From NCBI GenBank assembly GCA_964368345.1, contig CAYJBI010000002.1:1-36163 (forward strand): a stretch of 36,163 bases of DNA. Direction: 5' to 3'. Of this stretch, positions 8,529 through 19,244 are shown piece after piece. A model generated the notes under the pieces. That model had not been told where the DNA came from. It saw nothing but the letters and a program-made list of their open reading frames with translations, and searched no databases. Both the position numbers and the translations under genes were made by a program. This DNA comes from an uncultured Mariniplasma sp. GTDB lineage: Bacteria > Bacillota_I > Bacilli_A > Acholeplasmatales > Acholeplasmataceae. Every line of letters starts with the position of its first letter. Positions within the stretch are counted from its first letter, which is position 1.

Positions 8529-9653
8529 ATGAATACAGCACTGATTGTTGCTGCTGGTGCAAGTACCAGAGCAAAATTAAATCAATCAAAAATACTCTAT
8601 GAAATTAATCATAAACCATTATTTTTATATAGTTTAGAAACATTTAAAAATCTTGGATATGATATTGTTTTAGTTGTTTCAAAAGATGATATTAATGAAG
8701 TTAAAAAATATGTCACTGAAGATATAAAACTTGTTATTGGTGGTAAAACAAGAAGTGAATCGGTAATGAACGGTTTAAAGGCCGTTGAAACACCTTATGT
8801 TTATATTCATGATGCAGCGAGACCCTTGATTTCTAAACAAACCATTCTTTCGATAGAAAAAGTTTTAGAGTATCGTGATGCCGTGATATTAGCTGAAAAA
8901 GTGACATCTGCACTCAAATTATCTCAAGGATCAAACCTTGAATCGATGAATCGTGAAGATTATCTTTTAGCACAAACGCCTCAAGCGTTTCTCACTGAAA
9001 AAATCAGATATGCTTATTTAAGAAATACGGATAATTTCGATGATGATATTGCGCTTTATCAAAAGTTTTATCCAGAAGATAAAGTTCACGTTGTCATTAA
9101 CGATGAACCGAACACAAAGGTTACATACCCACAAGATTTTATCTATATTAAAGCAATACTTAAAGAAAGGGATGAACATATGCGCATTGGTCATAGTTTC
9201 GATATTCATCAACTCGTCTTTGATCGTCCTCTTTGGTTAGGTGGAATTGAAATACCTTATGAAAAAGGACTTTTAGGACATAGTGATGCTGATGTTTTAT
9301 TGCATGCCATTAGTGAAGCTATTTTAGGAGCTCTTGCTTTAGGGGATTTAGGAACTTATTTTCCTGATAATGATCCAAAATATAAAGGCATTGATTCTAA
9401 ATTAATTCTAAAAGAAGTTCAAACATTGATGATTGAAAAAGGATATATGATTGGTAATATTGATGCAACAATCTATGCAGAATTACCGAAACTTAATCCA
9501 CATATAAAAAATATTAGAGAAAGCATATCAAAACTACTTTCTATTCCGATTGACTTAGTCAGCATTAAAGCAACCACTTATGAAAAGATGGATGCTATTG
9601 GTGAACAAAAAGCAATGGCTGCAGAAAGCATCGTTTTATTGAAGAAGGTGTAA
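8529..9653 (+). CDS. ispDF: Bifunctional IspD/IspF (MEP pathway)
   Basis: IspD motifs AAG..R, GGKTRSESV, IHDAARP, AQTPQAF, KVTYPQD. IspF motifs MRIGHSFDIH, GHSDADV, DLG..FP, SIKATT.E. Confidence 0.92.
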   Translation: MNTALIVAAGASTRAKLNQSKILYEINHKPLFLYSLETFKNLGYDIVLVVSKDDINEVKKYVTEDIKLVIGGKTRSESVMNGLKAVETPYVYIHDAARPLISKQTILSIEKVLEYRDAVILAEKVTSALKLSQGSNLESMNREDYLLAQTPQAFLTEKIRYAYLRNTDNFDDDIALYQKFYPEDKVHVVINDEPNTKVTYPQDFIYIKAILKERDEHMRIGHSFDIHQLVFDRPLWLGGIEIPYEKGLLGHSDADVLLHAISEAILGALALGDLGTYFPDNDPKYKGIDSKLILKEVQTLMIEKGYMIGNIDATIYAELPKLNPHIKNIRESISKLLSIPIDLVSIKATTYEKMDAIGEQKAMAAESIVLLKKV

Positions 9654-9655
9654 AT

Positions 9656-9937
9656 ATGATTATTGATACTGAATTTGGACAATTCGAACTGATTAAAAAT
9701 TATCGTGATGCATTTGATCTTGTCAAATTTCAAGAACGTTACGTTGATGTCGCATTTGATCGCTATACGTATTTAGTCGGAGATATGTCATCGACCTTAT
9801 TACGCATTAAAGGTTTTAACTCAGATCCCAAAAGTCCTAATGGCTATAAACGTATTCCAGACTATTTAAATGAGTCTTGCAGTATGAATTGTGCACATTA
9901 CGTTTTAAAAAGAGTAAAACCTACCGAAGATAAATGA
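9656..9937 (+). CDS. yutD: YutD-family (DUF1027) protein
   Basis: NYRDAF...F.ERY, RYTYLVGD, LRIKGF and DYL.E.C..NC motifs. Confidence 0.8.
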   Translation: MIIDTEFGQFELIKNYRDAFDLVKFQERYVDVAFDRYTYLVGDMSSTLLRIKGFNSDPKSPNGYKRIPDYLNESCSMNCAHYVLKRVKPTEDK

Positions 9938-10001
9938 TATTATTTGAAGATTTATCTTCAGTGCGTTATACTATCTATGTACAAAAGGACAGGTGAGATG
10001 T

Positions 10002-10232
10002 ATGGATGATACAAAAGAACAGGTTTTAGCACTCATTACTAAAGTAAGACCATATCTACAACGTGATGGTGGCGATATCGAAGTCATCAATGTGGAAGAT
10101 GGTATTGTTTATGTTAAAATGCTAGGTGCTTGTGATGGTTGTATGGCGCTTGATGTAACCTTAAAACAAGGGATTGAGACCATGCTTTTAGAAAACGTAC
10201 CAGGTGTTATTGCTGTTGTAACTGTTGACTAA
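10002..10232 (+). CDS. NifU/NfuA C-terminal domain Fe-S carrier (YutI-like)
   Basis: VRPYLQRDGGD and GACDGC (CxxC), TLKQGIE. SD AGGTGA before ATG 10002. Confidence 0.9.
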   Translation: MDDTKEQVLALITKVRPYLQRDGGDIEVINVEDGIVYVKMLGACDGCMALDVTLKQGIETMLLENVPGVIAVVTVD

Positions 10233-10233
10233 T

Positions 10234-10263
10234 AAATGAGGGGATTTGTTCCTCTCATTTTTA
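10234..10263 (+). terminator. Intrinsic terminator
   Basis: AAATGAGGGG-loop-CCTCTCATTT followed by a T run. Confidence 0.7.
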
Positions 10264-10315
10264 TGTCTTAAAATAATAAATATGATATAAATGAGATATT
10301 AAAGGTGGTTATCTT

Positions 10316-11158
10316 ATGAGTAGAAAAGTAGGACTTGTTGTTGATTCAACATTCGGATTAAGTCAAGAATTTATTAAAGAACATCAAATTTCTGTTGTTC
10401 CACTTAGGGTATTGATTGAAGACAGAGAATATGTCGATGGAAAAATCAATCCCGAACTAATCGTTCAAGCACTTCAGCATGGGAAACTTGTTAAAACATC
10501 TCAACCTGCACCAGAACTTTTTATTAAAGCTTATCAAGAGCAATTAGAGTATTATCCAAATGTACTATGTTTAACGCTATCTAAAACGTTATCGGGTACT
10601 GTGAATAGCGCAACACTCGCAAAAACGATTTTAGAAAATGAACACGTCTTTGTTGCTGATAGCGAATCAACCATTAATGGCAGTATGTATCTATGTGAAC
10701 AAATGATCAATTATCTAAATGAAGGACATTCAGTTTATGAGGCCTTACAGTATTTAGAAGAAATTAAAGATAAAGGATCACTGATCTTTACGGTTGATAA
10801 TTTACAGGTTCTTGTTCATAATGGACGTTTAAGTAAAGTTAAAGCAATCATAGGCAATGTTCTTAAAATTAAACCGATTCTTCGTTTTAGACGTGGTGTT
10901 CTTGATATAGAACACAAAGTTCGCAGTTTTAAAAATGTTATTTTATACTTAACTGAAGAAGTTAAAAAGCTAATGAATTTTGGAAAAGTTGTTGTCTATA
11001 TCGCATATGTAGATCGCAGTATAGAAGCCAAAGAATTAGAGCATGAACTCTATCAATTAGGAGATCAGGTGAGCGTCAAACTCACAGGAATCATTAGTCC
11101 AGTTATTTCAGCACATGTCGGATTAGGTGGATTAGGTATATATTTGACGAACGAATAG
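10316..11158 (+). CDS. DegV family fatty-acid binding protein (FakB-like)
   Basis: VDST, KTSQP, SKTLSGT, L..NGRLS, LKIKP and AHVG motifs. Confidence 0.9.
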   Translation: MSRKVGLVVDSTFGLSQEFIKEHQISVVPLRVLIEDREYVDGKINPELIVQALQHGKLVKTSQPAPELFIKAYQEQLEYYPNVLCLTLSKTLSGTVNSATLAKTILENEHVFVADSESTINGSMYLCEQMINYLNEGHSVYEALQYLEEIKDKGSLIFTVDNLQVLVHNGRLSKVKAIIGNVLKIKPILRFRRGVLDIEHKVRSFKNVILYLTEEVKKLMNFGKVVVYIAYVDRSIEAKELEHELYQLGDQVSVKLTGIISPVISAHVGLGGLGIYLTNE

Positions 11159-11176
11159 CGAGCACTGCTCGTTTTT
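11158..11176 (+). terminator. Intrinsic terminator
   Basis: GCGAGC-ACT-GCTCGT followed by TTTT. Confidence 0.55.
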
Positions 11177-11232
11177 CTAATTCTCCTTAAGAGATATGAA
11201 AATATGATATAATACTTATCGAGGTTTTTGAT

Positions 11233-11562
11233 ATGAAAATTAATGATCAAATCGTATGTAAAATTACTGGAATTCAATCGTATGGTGTTTTTGTTTCCTA
11301 CAATGAATATACCGGACTCATTCATATCTCTGAAGTATCTGATCAATTTGTTTCATCGATTGAAGAGATACTTTGTATTGGAGATGAAATTGAGGTCGTT
11401 GTTTTAGATATTGATGAAGAACAAAAACGACTAAAATTATCATTTAAGCAAGCAAACCCTATCCATCCAAAAATAAAGAAGATGGTTAAAATTAAAATAG
11501 GATTTCATTCATTATCAAAGGCTTTACCACATTGGATTGATAAAGCTAAACACAAAGAATAG
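11233..11562 (+). CDS. S1 RNA-binding domain protein (YugI/GSP13-like)
   Basis: [23 protein letters not shown] and C-terminal GF..L...LP.W motifs. TGATATAAT promoter at 11205-11213. Confidence 0.85.
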   Translation: MKINDQIVCKITGIQSYGVFVSYNEYTGLIHISEVSDQFVSSIEEILCIGDEIEVVVLDIDEEQKRLKLSFKQANPIHPKIKKMVKIKIGFHSLSKALPHWIDKAKHKE

Positions 11563-11573
11563 AGGAAAAAAAG

Positions 11574-12878
11574 ATGTCACACATTCAGTTAAACATTGAA
11601 GATGTACGTTCATTTCTAAATGAACAACCAGAAGCATTACAAAAACAAGTTAAAGTAGTTCATAAAATGATTCATGAAAAAACAGGAAAAGGTCATGATT
11701 ATTTAGGATGGTTAGATCTTCCTAGAGATTATGACAAAGAAGAATATAAGCGTATTTTAGCAGCTGCTAAGAGAATACGTAGAAGTTCTCAAGTTTTAGT
11801 AGTTATTGGCATTGGAGGATCATATCTTGGTGCTAAAGCTGGCTTAGAATTTTTAAATGTTCCTTTTAAGAAAAATAAACTTGAAGTTGTATTTGCTGGA
11901 CACCAAATGTCAGGTTCTTATTTAAATGAACTTGTTAAGTATTTAGAAAATAAAAAATTCTCAATGAATGTTATTTCTAAATCAGGGACTACAACAGAAC
12001 CAGCCATTGCTTTTCGAGTATTAAAAAACTTACTTGAACAAAAAGTAGGTAAAGAAGAAGCAAAAGAAAGAATTTATGCAACGACTGATCGTAAACGTGG
12101 TGCACTTTATACCGTATCAAAGGAAAATGGGTATGAAACATTTGTTATTCCTGATGATGTTGGAGGACGTTTCTCAGTTTTAACTGCAGTTGGTTTACTA
12201 CCATTAGAAGCTGCAGGAATAAAGACAAAAGATATCTTGAAAGGTGCAAAAGATGCATATACACAGTTTAAGAAAACAAGTCTTGAAGAAAATGAAGCGT
12301 ATCTTTATGCTGCAACACGTTACCAACTCTATCAATCAGGTAAAAAGATTGAAATGCTTGTTGGCTATGAACCTAATTTATTATTCTTAAATGAATGGTG
12401 GAAACAATTATTTGGTGAATCAGAAGGTAAAGATAATAAAGGATTATTTGTAGCTTCAGCAGGCTTCTCAACAGATCTTCATTCACTTGGACAATACATC
12501 CAAGAAGGTGAACGTCACTTGTTTGAAACAGTGATCAAAGTAGCATCATCTTTAACGGATGTGATTATTCCAAAAGAAGAAAATGATCTTGATGAACTTA
12601 ACTATATCAGTGGTAAACCTATTTCTTATGTCAATGAACAAGCATTAAAAGGCACGATGATGGCACATAAAGATGGTGGAGTACCTAATCTTTTACTCAC
12701 CATTCCACAAATGGATGCTTATACATTTGGATATCTTATTTATTTCTTTGAAAAAGCATGTGCAATGTCTGCTTATCTTTTGGATGTGAATCCATTTAAT
12801 CAGCCAGGTGTTGAAGCATATAAGAAAAACATGTTTGCACTTCTTGGTAAAAAAGGATATGAACATATCTTAAAGTAG
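11574..12878 (+). CDS. pgi: Glucose-6-phosphate isomerase
   Basis: [35 protein letters not shown] and NQPGVE.YK motifs. Confidence 0.97.
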   Translation: MSHIQLNIEDVRSFLNEQPEALQKQVKVVHKMIHEKTGKGHDYLGWLDLPRDYDKEEYKRILAAAKRIRRSSQVLVVIGIGGSYLGAKAGLEFLNVPFKKNKLEVVFAGHQMSGSYLNELVKYLENKKFSMNVISKSGTTTEPAIAFRVLKNLLEQKVGKEEAKERIYATTDRKRGALYTVSKENGYETFVIPDDVGGRFSVLTAVGLLPLEAAGIKTKDILKGAKDAYTQFKKTSLEENEAYLYAATRYQLYQSGKKIEMLVGYEPNLLFLNEWWKQLFGESEGKDNKGLFVASAGFSTDLHSLGQYIQEGERHLFETVIKVASSLTDVIIPKEENDLDELNYISGKPISYVNEQALKGTMMAHKDGGVPNLLLTIPQMDAYTFGYLIYFFEKACAMSAYLLDVNPFNQPGVEAYKKNMFALLGKKGYEHILK

Positions 12879-12885
12879 GTATAAA

Positions 12886-13344
12886 ATGAAAGTTAAAATC
12901 ACATATTCAGAAAAAGAAACCGAAGCTCTAGGTTATGAGCTTGGTTTACTTTTGAAGGATGAGCCTAAAGTTGTTATTCTTTTAGATGGCGACTTAGGGT
13001 CTGGAAAAACAACACTCACGAAAGGCTTAGCTCGCGGTTTAGGTATTGAAGCAGTTGTTAATTCTCCGACCTTCACGTTAATGAAAAAATATAAATCAAA
13101 AGATAGGCTAAAAACCCTCTATCACCTTGATCTTTATCGATTAGAAGGTGTAGGGAGTGATTTTGATTTAGAAGAATATATTGATGGCAGCGGAATGATT
13201 GTTGTTGAATGGCCATTCCAAGTCGAAGATTTGTTGCCGAAAGATTATTTACTGATTAAAATTAATAAGATATCAGAAACAAAAAGAGAGTTCACGATGA
13301 CATGTGTTGGTTATCCATGTAAACGTGCGGTGCAATATATATGA
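12886..13344 (+). CDS. tsaE: t6A biosynthesis ATPase TsaE
   Basis: GDLGSGKTT, VNSPTF, HLDLYRL and VEW motifs. Confidence 0.95.
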   Translation: MKVKITYSEKETEALGYELGLLLKDEPKVVILLDGDLGSGKTTLTKGLARGLGIEAVVNSPTFTLMKKYKSKDRLKTLYHLDLYRLEGVGSDFDLEEYIDGSGMIVVEWPFQVEDLLPKDYLLIKINKISETKREFTMTCVGYPCKRAVQYI

Positions 13345-13934
13345 GAACATTATTTTTTGATGTATCAACAAACGTGATGTATGTAGGTCTTGCTAAAGAC
13401 GATATTTTAATCGATTATAGTATTCGCATTGCATCGCGTGATCACGCAAAATATTTGGTTGATCGTATCGACCAAGTTTTAAAGCGTAATAAACTTACTT
13501 TAGATAAAATTGATGAACTTATTATCGGTTATGGACCAGGATCTTATACGGGTATTCGAATCGCAGTTGTTGTAGGAAAAATGCTTGCATATGCTAAACA
13601 TGTTAAATTAAAGGTGATTAGTTCACTCTTCTTTATGACATCAGGATATGAAAACAAAGTAGCTGCTTTAATCGATGCGAGAAGAGGATATGTTTTTTCT
13701 GGTGTTTATGAAAACGGAAAAGTTCTATTAGAAGATGGATATCGCCTTTTATCAGATCTTCAAGAGAATCCTATTTATCAAAAAGCTCAAACCGTTTTTA
13801 TTGATGATCGTAGTTTTATGGTTAATCCTAAACTGATTCGTATGAATAGTACGTATGTTTTAGATATCCATGGACTCATACCTAATTATTTAAGAAGAAC
13901 TGAAGCGGAAAACAATTATGATCAGAAACGCTAA
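13341..13934 (+). CDS. tsaB: t6A biosynthesis protein TsaB
   Basis: GPGSYTGIRI, IDARRG and PNYLR motifs; operon context. Confidence 0.93.
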   Translation: MRTLFFDVSTNVMYVGLAKDDILIDYSIRIASRDHAKYLVDRIDQVLKRNKLTLDKIDELIIGYGPGSYTGIRIAVVVGKMLAYAKHVKLKVISSLFFMTSGYENKVAALIDARRGYVFSGVYENGKVLLEDGYRLLSDLQENPIYQKAQTVFIDDRSFMVNPKLIRMNSTYVLDIHGLIPNYLRRTEAENNYDQKR

Positions 13935-14349
13935 AGTTGAAGATATATTAGAAATTGTTCATCTTGAACAAACTGTTTTTCATGAATCACTTGGTGAAAC
14001 GTTTTTATTTGATGAAATCACGCTAAATCCATTTTCTCGTATGTTTGTTATCGAAGATGAAACAGGATTTGCTGGATTTATCGGTTTAAGAGTCGATGAA
14101 CAAGCAGAACTGATGAATTTTGCAGTCGTCCCTAAGAAACAGAATAAAGGTTATGGAAAAGCACTATTACGTTTTATTATCGAGTTATTAAAAAATGAAG
14201 GTATTTCATTTTTAACACTCGAAGTTAGAAAAAGTAATGTCATCGCGCAAAAACTCTATGAATCGTTTGGATTCAAACGTTCTCACATAAGAAAAGATTA
14301 TTATAAAAATGAAGACGCTTATGTCTATATCAAGGAGGTGAACGAATGA
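13918..14349 (+). CDS. rimI: Ribosomal protein alanine N-acetyltransferase RimI
   Basis: GNAT QNKGYG and LEVRKSN..A..LY..FGF...RKDYY motifs. Lies between tsaB and tsaD. Confidence 0.88.
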   Translation: MIRNAKVEDILEIVHLEQTVFHESLGETFLFDEITLNPFSRMFVIEDETGFAGFIGLRVDEQAELMNFAVVPKKQNKGYGKALLRFIIELLKNEGISFLTLEVRKSNVIAQKLYESFGFKRSHIRKDYYKNEDAYVYIKEVNE

Positions 14350-15350
14350 TTATATTAGCTTGTGAATCATCATGTGATGAAAGCTCTGTTGCTATTGTCA
14401 AAGATGGAAAAGAAGTTTTATCACATATTGTGTTATCACAAATAGATATCCATCAAGCATTTGGTGGTGTTGTTCCTGAAATTGCATCAAGAAATCATGT
14501 CGTTCATATGACACGTATCTTTGATGAAGCTCTTCATCAAGCGAATATTGAACCTAAAGATTTACATTTAGTTGCAGTAACAAAAGGTCCAGGATTAATT
14601 GGTTCACTTCTTGTTGGCATTAATGCAGCAACGGCTTTTGCCTATGCGCATCAATTACCTTTAATGGGAGTTAATCATCTACACGGACATATTTATGCAG
14701 CAGGGATTGAACACGAGATAAAACTACCTGCACTTGCTTTATTAGTTTCTGGAGGACACACAGAACTTATTTATATGAAAGAGCACATGTCTTTTGAACT
14801 TTTAGGGACAACACAAGATGATGCTGTTGGAGAAGCTTATGATAAGGTAGCAAGAACATTAGGGTTAAGCTATCCAGGAGGCCCTATGGTTGATCAACTT
14901 GCACACAAGGGAAAAGATACTTATCAACTTCCAAGACCATATTTAGATCGAAAAGAATATAACTTCAGCTTTTCTGGATTAAAAAGTGCAGTCATCAATT
15001 TAGTTCATAATGCAGAACAACGTGGGGAAAAAATTGATATTAATCATATGTGTGCATCTTTCCAAGCCTCAGTTTTAGATGTTATTATTGAAAAAACGAG
15101 ATTAGCTTCAGAGAATTATGATATTAAACAAATTATTGTTGCTGGTGGTGTTGCAGCAAACAAAGGATTAAGAAAACGTATCATAAATGAAATTAAAGAT
15201 AAAGAGATTATTTTTCCAAGTATGGAATATTGTACTGATAATGCAGCAATGATTGGTGCTGCAGCATATTATCAGTATCAAAAAAAGGGTGCTCTTCCGA
15301 ATTATTTACTCGGTGGAGAATCTACCCTTTCTGTTGATGATGAAGGCTAA
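14346..15350 (+). CDS. tsaD: t6A transferase TsaD
   Basis: [42 protein letters not shown] and TDNAAMI motifs. Confidence 0.97.
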   Translation: MIILACESSCDESSVAIVKDGKEVLSHIVLSQIDIHQAFGGVVPEIASRNHVVHMTRIFDEALHQANIEPKDLHLVAVTKGPGLIGSLLVGINAATAFAYAHQLPLMGVNHLHGHIYAAGIEHEIKLPALALLVSGGHTELIYMKEHMSFELLGTTQDDAVGEAYDKVARTLGLSYPGGPMVDQLAHKGKDTYQLPRPYLDRKEYNFSFSGLKSAVINLVHNAEQRGEKIDINHMCASFQASVLDVIIEKTRLASENYDIKQIIVAGGVAANKGLRKRIINEIKDKEIIFPSMEYCTDNAAMIGAAAYYQYQKKGALPNYLLGGESTLSVDDEG

Positions 15351-15366
15351 CCATGCCTTTTTCTTT

Positions 15367-15594
15367 TTATCTCTTTTCAAGGTGTTCAATGGTTACTGAA
15401 CTAACGATAGCAACCACAAGGAAAAAGATGATCCATCCAAATAAAGGATGAGAAATCATAGCCTGTAAAAATGGATGTTCTTGTTGAATGGATGATATAA
15501 GTATTAAGATAAACATAAAGAGTGCTTGCATAGCAAATGCGACACTTCTTGCCCAATAAAAAAATGAAATGACTTTGATGCGATCAATATTCAT
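15367..15594 (-). CDS. Small two-TM membrane protein
   Basis: AAGGGGG SD upstream and two hydrophobic helices. Occupies an otherwise empty intergenic gap. Confidence 0.6.
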   Translation of the reverse strand: MNIDRIKVISFFYWARSVAFAMQALFMFILILISSIQQEHPFLQAMISHPLFGWIIFFLVVAIVSSVTIEHLEKR

Positions 15595-15799
15595 CCATAA
15601 GCCCCCTTAGTTAAGTTCCATTATTATTATAGCATACTACAAGTACTTATGCACAGTCTCTTTATTTAAGGTTTTCGCGTCATTATGCATTATTCCTTTG
15701 ATATCAATTATTTCGATTATCTTTCCAATCGTATGCGAATATATTGTATTTTTTGATATAACGTATTAAGATATAGATAATAAAAAGGAGTGATGATTC

Positions 15800-17485
15800 A
15801 TGAAGTTTCTATTTAAACTCATCGTTTTGCCCATTATCTCTATTTTGGCAATTCCTTTGATTATACTTGCTTTGCTTTATAAACCGGTAACTATTCCGGT
15901 AGATGATTTTAGTGATATTCAAGCACTATCCTTAACGGAAATGATTCAAGAAGATGTTGATAGTTTTCTTCTTTCAAATGAAACAACTTCAACGGTCGGC
16001 ATTTCACTTGCACAAACTGATGCAAACGCACTTCTCTTAGAACAAATGCGTGGAATCAATGCCAATTACCTCGTTGATAGTGCTTCTGATGATGAAAAGA
16101 ATTACGTCATTAAAGAGGATTTGTTTGGTTATCAAGGTTCTTGGATTCGTTTCAAAGACGATGTCATTGAAATAGAATCAGGCGCTCATGTTTTTGTTTC
16201 CTCGATTACATATAAAACACGTTTATTGATTTCATTTAAAATTACGGTTGATACAGATGAAGTCGTATTAAAACTAGAAAAGTTAACCATTGGGAATTTA
16301 CCACTTGCTTGGACATTTAGTGTTGCATCATGGATTACAGAACAGGTTGCTGGAGAATCTATCAAAGAATTAATTGATGGACAACTCAATGGTTTAGCAA
16401 CATTTGATGCTACTAAACGAGAAATTAGAATGAGTGTTGATAGTGTCATTGAACAAATGATTGAAGAGGATCAACAAAAAGCAATGATTAAATCACTTCT
16501 AGCATTCATTGAAGAAAATGAATTATTAGATATTGGATTTGAAAACGAAAACTTTGATGTTGATTTAGCATTAGGAAGAACTAAAGATGACTCAGCACCA
16601 TTTGTTCTTCAATCAACAGATAAAATTATTGATGAAATACATCTTCAATCAATCCTTGCATCTAAGGCAAGTGCTATGATTTTCTCAACTTTAGGTGGAG
16701 AAAATCCTACACCATTTATTGAACTTGATGCATTTACGTTAAATCGTGTCTTTGAATTCTTTATGAGGGAGAATCAAACAACACCAGGGGTTTTAATATC
16801 CTCACCCCTCTTTGAAAAATATCTCATGACAGCTTATGTTCCATATATTACAATGACAAAAGATCCAATTTCTTTAGAGGAAAGCTTTGTTGTTAATATT
16901 CCACTCACGATTACAGAGGATACAGACCCATTAAAGAAGTTCCAAACCATCATTAAAATTGAGGCAACCCCTGAAGTTTCAGGTTCTGATTTAAGAATTG
17001 TATTGAACACATTACAAGCAGGACAAGTCACATTATCGAATGAACACGTCAATAACGTATTAACGATGTTAGGTGAAAATGAAATAATTGTTGATGGTGC
17101 ATTCGTGATTAAAGATTTTGATGAACAAATGGATGCTGCAGGTATGGGAATTGAATCGATTGTTCAATTAAATGAAAAATTGCGTATGTATGTTTCTTTA
17201 AGTGAAATAATTCCATTAACAGAGATTCAAGATGCTGTCCAAGATGTATTAGATAGCATTGCAGATAATCCAACATATCCACCTGAACTAAATGATGCAA
17301 TCAACGATTTACTCACAGAAGTAGCAAATCCAACAGGAGATCCAGAACAAGCAGTTGAAGATCTTATGGGAGTGCTAGACGACTTAACAGATGAAGAACA
17401 ACAAGAGTTATTTGACGATATGCTTGCTGCTCTTGAAAACACAGATTTATCATATGAAGATTTATTTGGTTTGATTCAACCCTAA
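15800..17485 (+). CDS. Membrane-anchored acidic protein, possibly two YpmS/DUF2140-like repeats
   Basis: AAGGAG SD and N-terminal TM/signal. Two similar segments (VVLKLEKLTIGNLPL; LRIVLNTLQAGQVTL) and a D/E-rich helical tail. Confidence 0.7.
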   Translation: MKFLFKLIVLPIISILAIPLIILALLYKPVTIPVDDFSDIQALSLTEMIQEDVDSFLLSNETTSTVGISLAQTDANALLLEQMRGINANYLVDSASDDEKNYVIKEDLFGYQGSWIRFKDDVIEIESGAHVFVSSITYKTRLLISFKITVDTDEVVLKLEKLTIGNLPLAWTFSVASWITEQVAGESIKELIDGQLNGLATFDATKREIRMSVDSVIEQMIEEDQQKAMIKSLLAFIEENELLDIGFENENFDVDLALGRTKDDSAPFVLQSTDKIIDEIHLQSILASKASAMIFSTLGGENPTPFIELDAFTLNRVFEFFMRENQTTPGVLISSPLFEKYLMTAYVPYITMTKDPISLEESFVVNIPLTITEDTDPLKKFQTIIKIEATPEVSGSDLRIVLNTLQAGQVTLSNEHVNNVLTMLGENEIIVDGAFVIKDFDEQMDAAGMGIESIVQLNEKLRMYVSLSEIIPLTEIQDAVQDVLDSIADNPTYPPELNDAINDLLTEVANPTGDPEQAVEDLMGVLDDLTDEEQQELFDDMLAALENTDLSYEDLFGLIQP

Positions 17486-17499
17486 GATTTAATTATCTC

Positions 17500-17532
17500 A
17501 AATACCCGGCAGTCATCTGCTGGGTATTTTTT
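17500..17532 (+). terminator. Intrinsic terminator
   Basis: AAATACCCGGCAG-TCAT-CTGCTGGGTATTT followed by Ts. Confidence 0.8.
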
Positions 17533-17597
17533 ATGATATAAACTTGTAGTTTATACGTATTTATCATATAATAGATGAGACAATGAGGTGACTTACT

Positions 17598-19229
17598 ATG
17601 GAAAAAATATCCAATTTTATTACAACAATCATTGAAGCGGATTTAGAATCAGGAAAACATAAAGAAATTGTTACCCGCTTCCCACCAGAACCTAATGGAT
17701 TTTTGCACATTGGGCATGCCAGAGCTATCATTACAGACTTTGAAAGTGCAAGACAATATGGTGGATCAACAAATTTAAGATATGATGACACAAACCCAAG
17801 TAAAGAAGATGATATTTACGTCAAATCAATACTTGAAGATATTCGTTGGTTAGGCTATGAACCTAGTCGAATCTTTTTTGCTAGCAACTATTTTGAAGAA
17901 ATGTATCATCGTGCTATCATTTTAATTAAAAAAGGTTTAGCGTATGTCGATCATTCAACTGCAGAACAAATTGCTAAAGATCGTGGAAACATTCAAACAC
18001 CTGGTACTGAATCGGTTTATAGAAATCGAACAGTAGAAGAAAACTTAAAACTTTTCAACGATATGAGAGAAGGAAAGTTTAAAGAAGGCGAATGTGTCTT
18101 GCGCGCGAAAATTGATATGGCATCACCCAACATGAATATGCGTGATCCTGTGATTTATCGAATAAGTTTTGCAGAACATCATAATACAGGTAAAAAATGG
18201 TGTATCTATCCTATGTATGACTATGCTCATCCATTAGAAGATGCCATTGAAGGAATTACGCATTCATTATGTTCTTTAGAATTTGAAGATCACCGTCCAC
18301 TCTATGATTGGGTTGTCAGAGAAACTGAAATGCCTAAAATCCCGCGTCAAATTGAGTTTGGTCGCTTATCGATTGAAAACACAGTGATGAGTAAACGATT
18401 TTTACGTCAACTTGTTGAAGAGAAAAAAGTTATTGGTTGGGATGATCCTAGAATGCCAACACTTTCCGGATTAAGACGTCGTGGTTACACCCCTGAAGCA
18501 ATTCGTAATTTTGTTATTTCTACAGGCCTTTCTAAAGTGAATTCAACAGTTGGAACAGATATGTTAGAAGCCGCGCTTCGTGATGATCTTCAAGAACGTG
18601 CACCACGTGCTATGGCAATCTTAAATCCACTTAAAGTGACCATTATTAATTATGATGATAACAAGGTGGAATATTTCGATGTTCACTATCACCAGGACAA
18701 GCCAGAACTAGGAACTAGACAGGTTCCCTTCTCTAAACATCTCTATATTGAAAAAGATGATTTTGTTGTTACTAAGCCAAATAACAAGTATAAACGTTTA
18801 AGCTTAGGTGATGAAGTTAGATTATTTTATGCCTATTTCATCAAAGCAGTAGATGTCATATATGATGAAAATAATGATGTCATCGAAATACTTGCTACCT
18901 ATGACTCAGAAACACGTTCTGGTTCAGGATTTAATGAACGTAAACCTAATGGAACGATCCATTTTGTTGAAGCAACTCATGCAGTACCTGCCAAGTTTAA
19001 TTTCTTTGGACCTATGATTACAGGTGATGAAGGTCTTGATCTTATGGAACGTTTTAATAATGATTCATGGATTGTTAAAAAAGGATTTGTCGAAGAAGCA
19101 TTAAAAAACATCAAACCTCAAGATAAATTTCAGTTCATGAGAAATGGATATTTCAATACTGATTTAAATTCTACAGATGAGAATCTTATTTTCAATGAGA
19201 TTGTTCCTCTTAAGAGTTCATACAAATAA
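17598..19229 (+). CDS. glnS: Glutaminyl-tRNA synthetase
   Basis: [41 protein letters not shown] and FQF.R.GYF motifs. Confidence 0.96.
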   Translation: MEKISNFITTIIEADLESGKHKEIVTRFPPEPNGFLHIGHARAIITDFESARQYGGSTNLRYDDTNPSKEDDIYVKSILEDIRWLGYEPSRIFFASNYFEEMYHRAIILIKKGLAYVDHSTAEQIAKDRGNIQTPGTESVYRNRTVEENLKLFNDMREGKFKEGECVLRAKIDMASPNMNMRDPVIYRISFAEHHNTGKKWCIYPMYDYAHPLEDAIEGITHSLCSLEFEDHRPLYDWVVRETEMPKIPRQIEFGRLSIENTVMSKRFLRQLVEEKKVIGWDDPRMPTLSGLRRRGYTPEAIRNFVISTGLSKVNSTVGTDMLEAALRDDLQERAPRAMAILNPLKVTIINYDDNKVEYFDVHYHQDKPELGTRQVPFSKHLYIEKDDFVVTKPNNKYKRLSLGDEVRLFYAYFIKAVDVIYDENNDVIEILATYDSETRSGSGFNERKPNGTIHFVEATHAVPAKFNFFGPMITGDEGLDLMERFNNDSWIVKKGFVEEALKNIKPQDKFQFMRNGYFNTDLNSTDENLIFNEIVPLKSSYK

Positions 19230-19244
19230 GAAAGTTGGAGTGCT

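Noticed and set aside
9926-9960. GAAGATAAAT/ATTTATCTTC inverted repeat before nifU as an operator
   Set aside because: It is AT-rich, overlaps the yutD stop, and cannot be distinguished from a weak terminator or chance.
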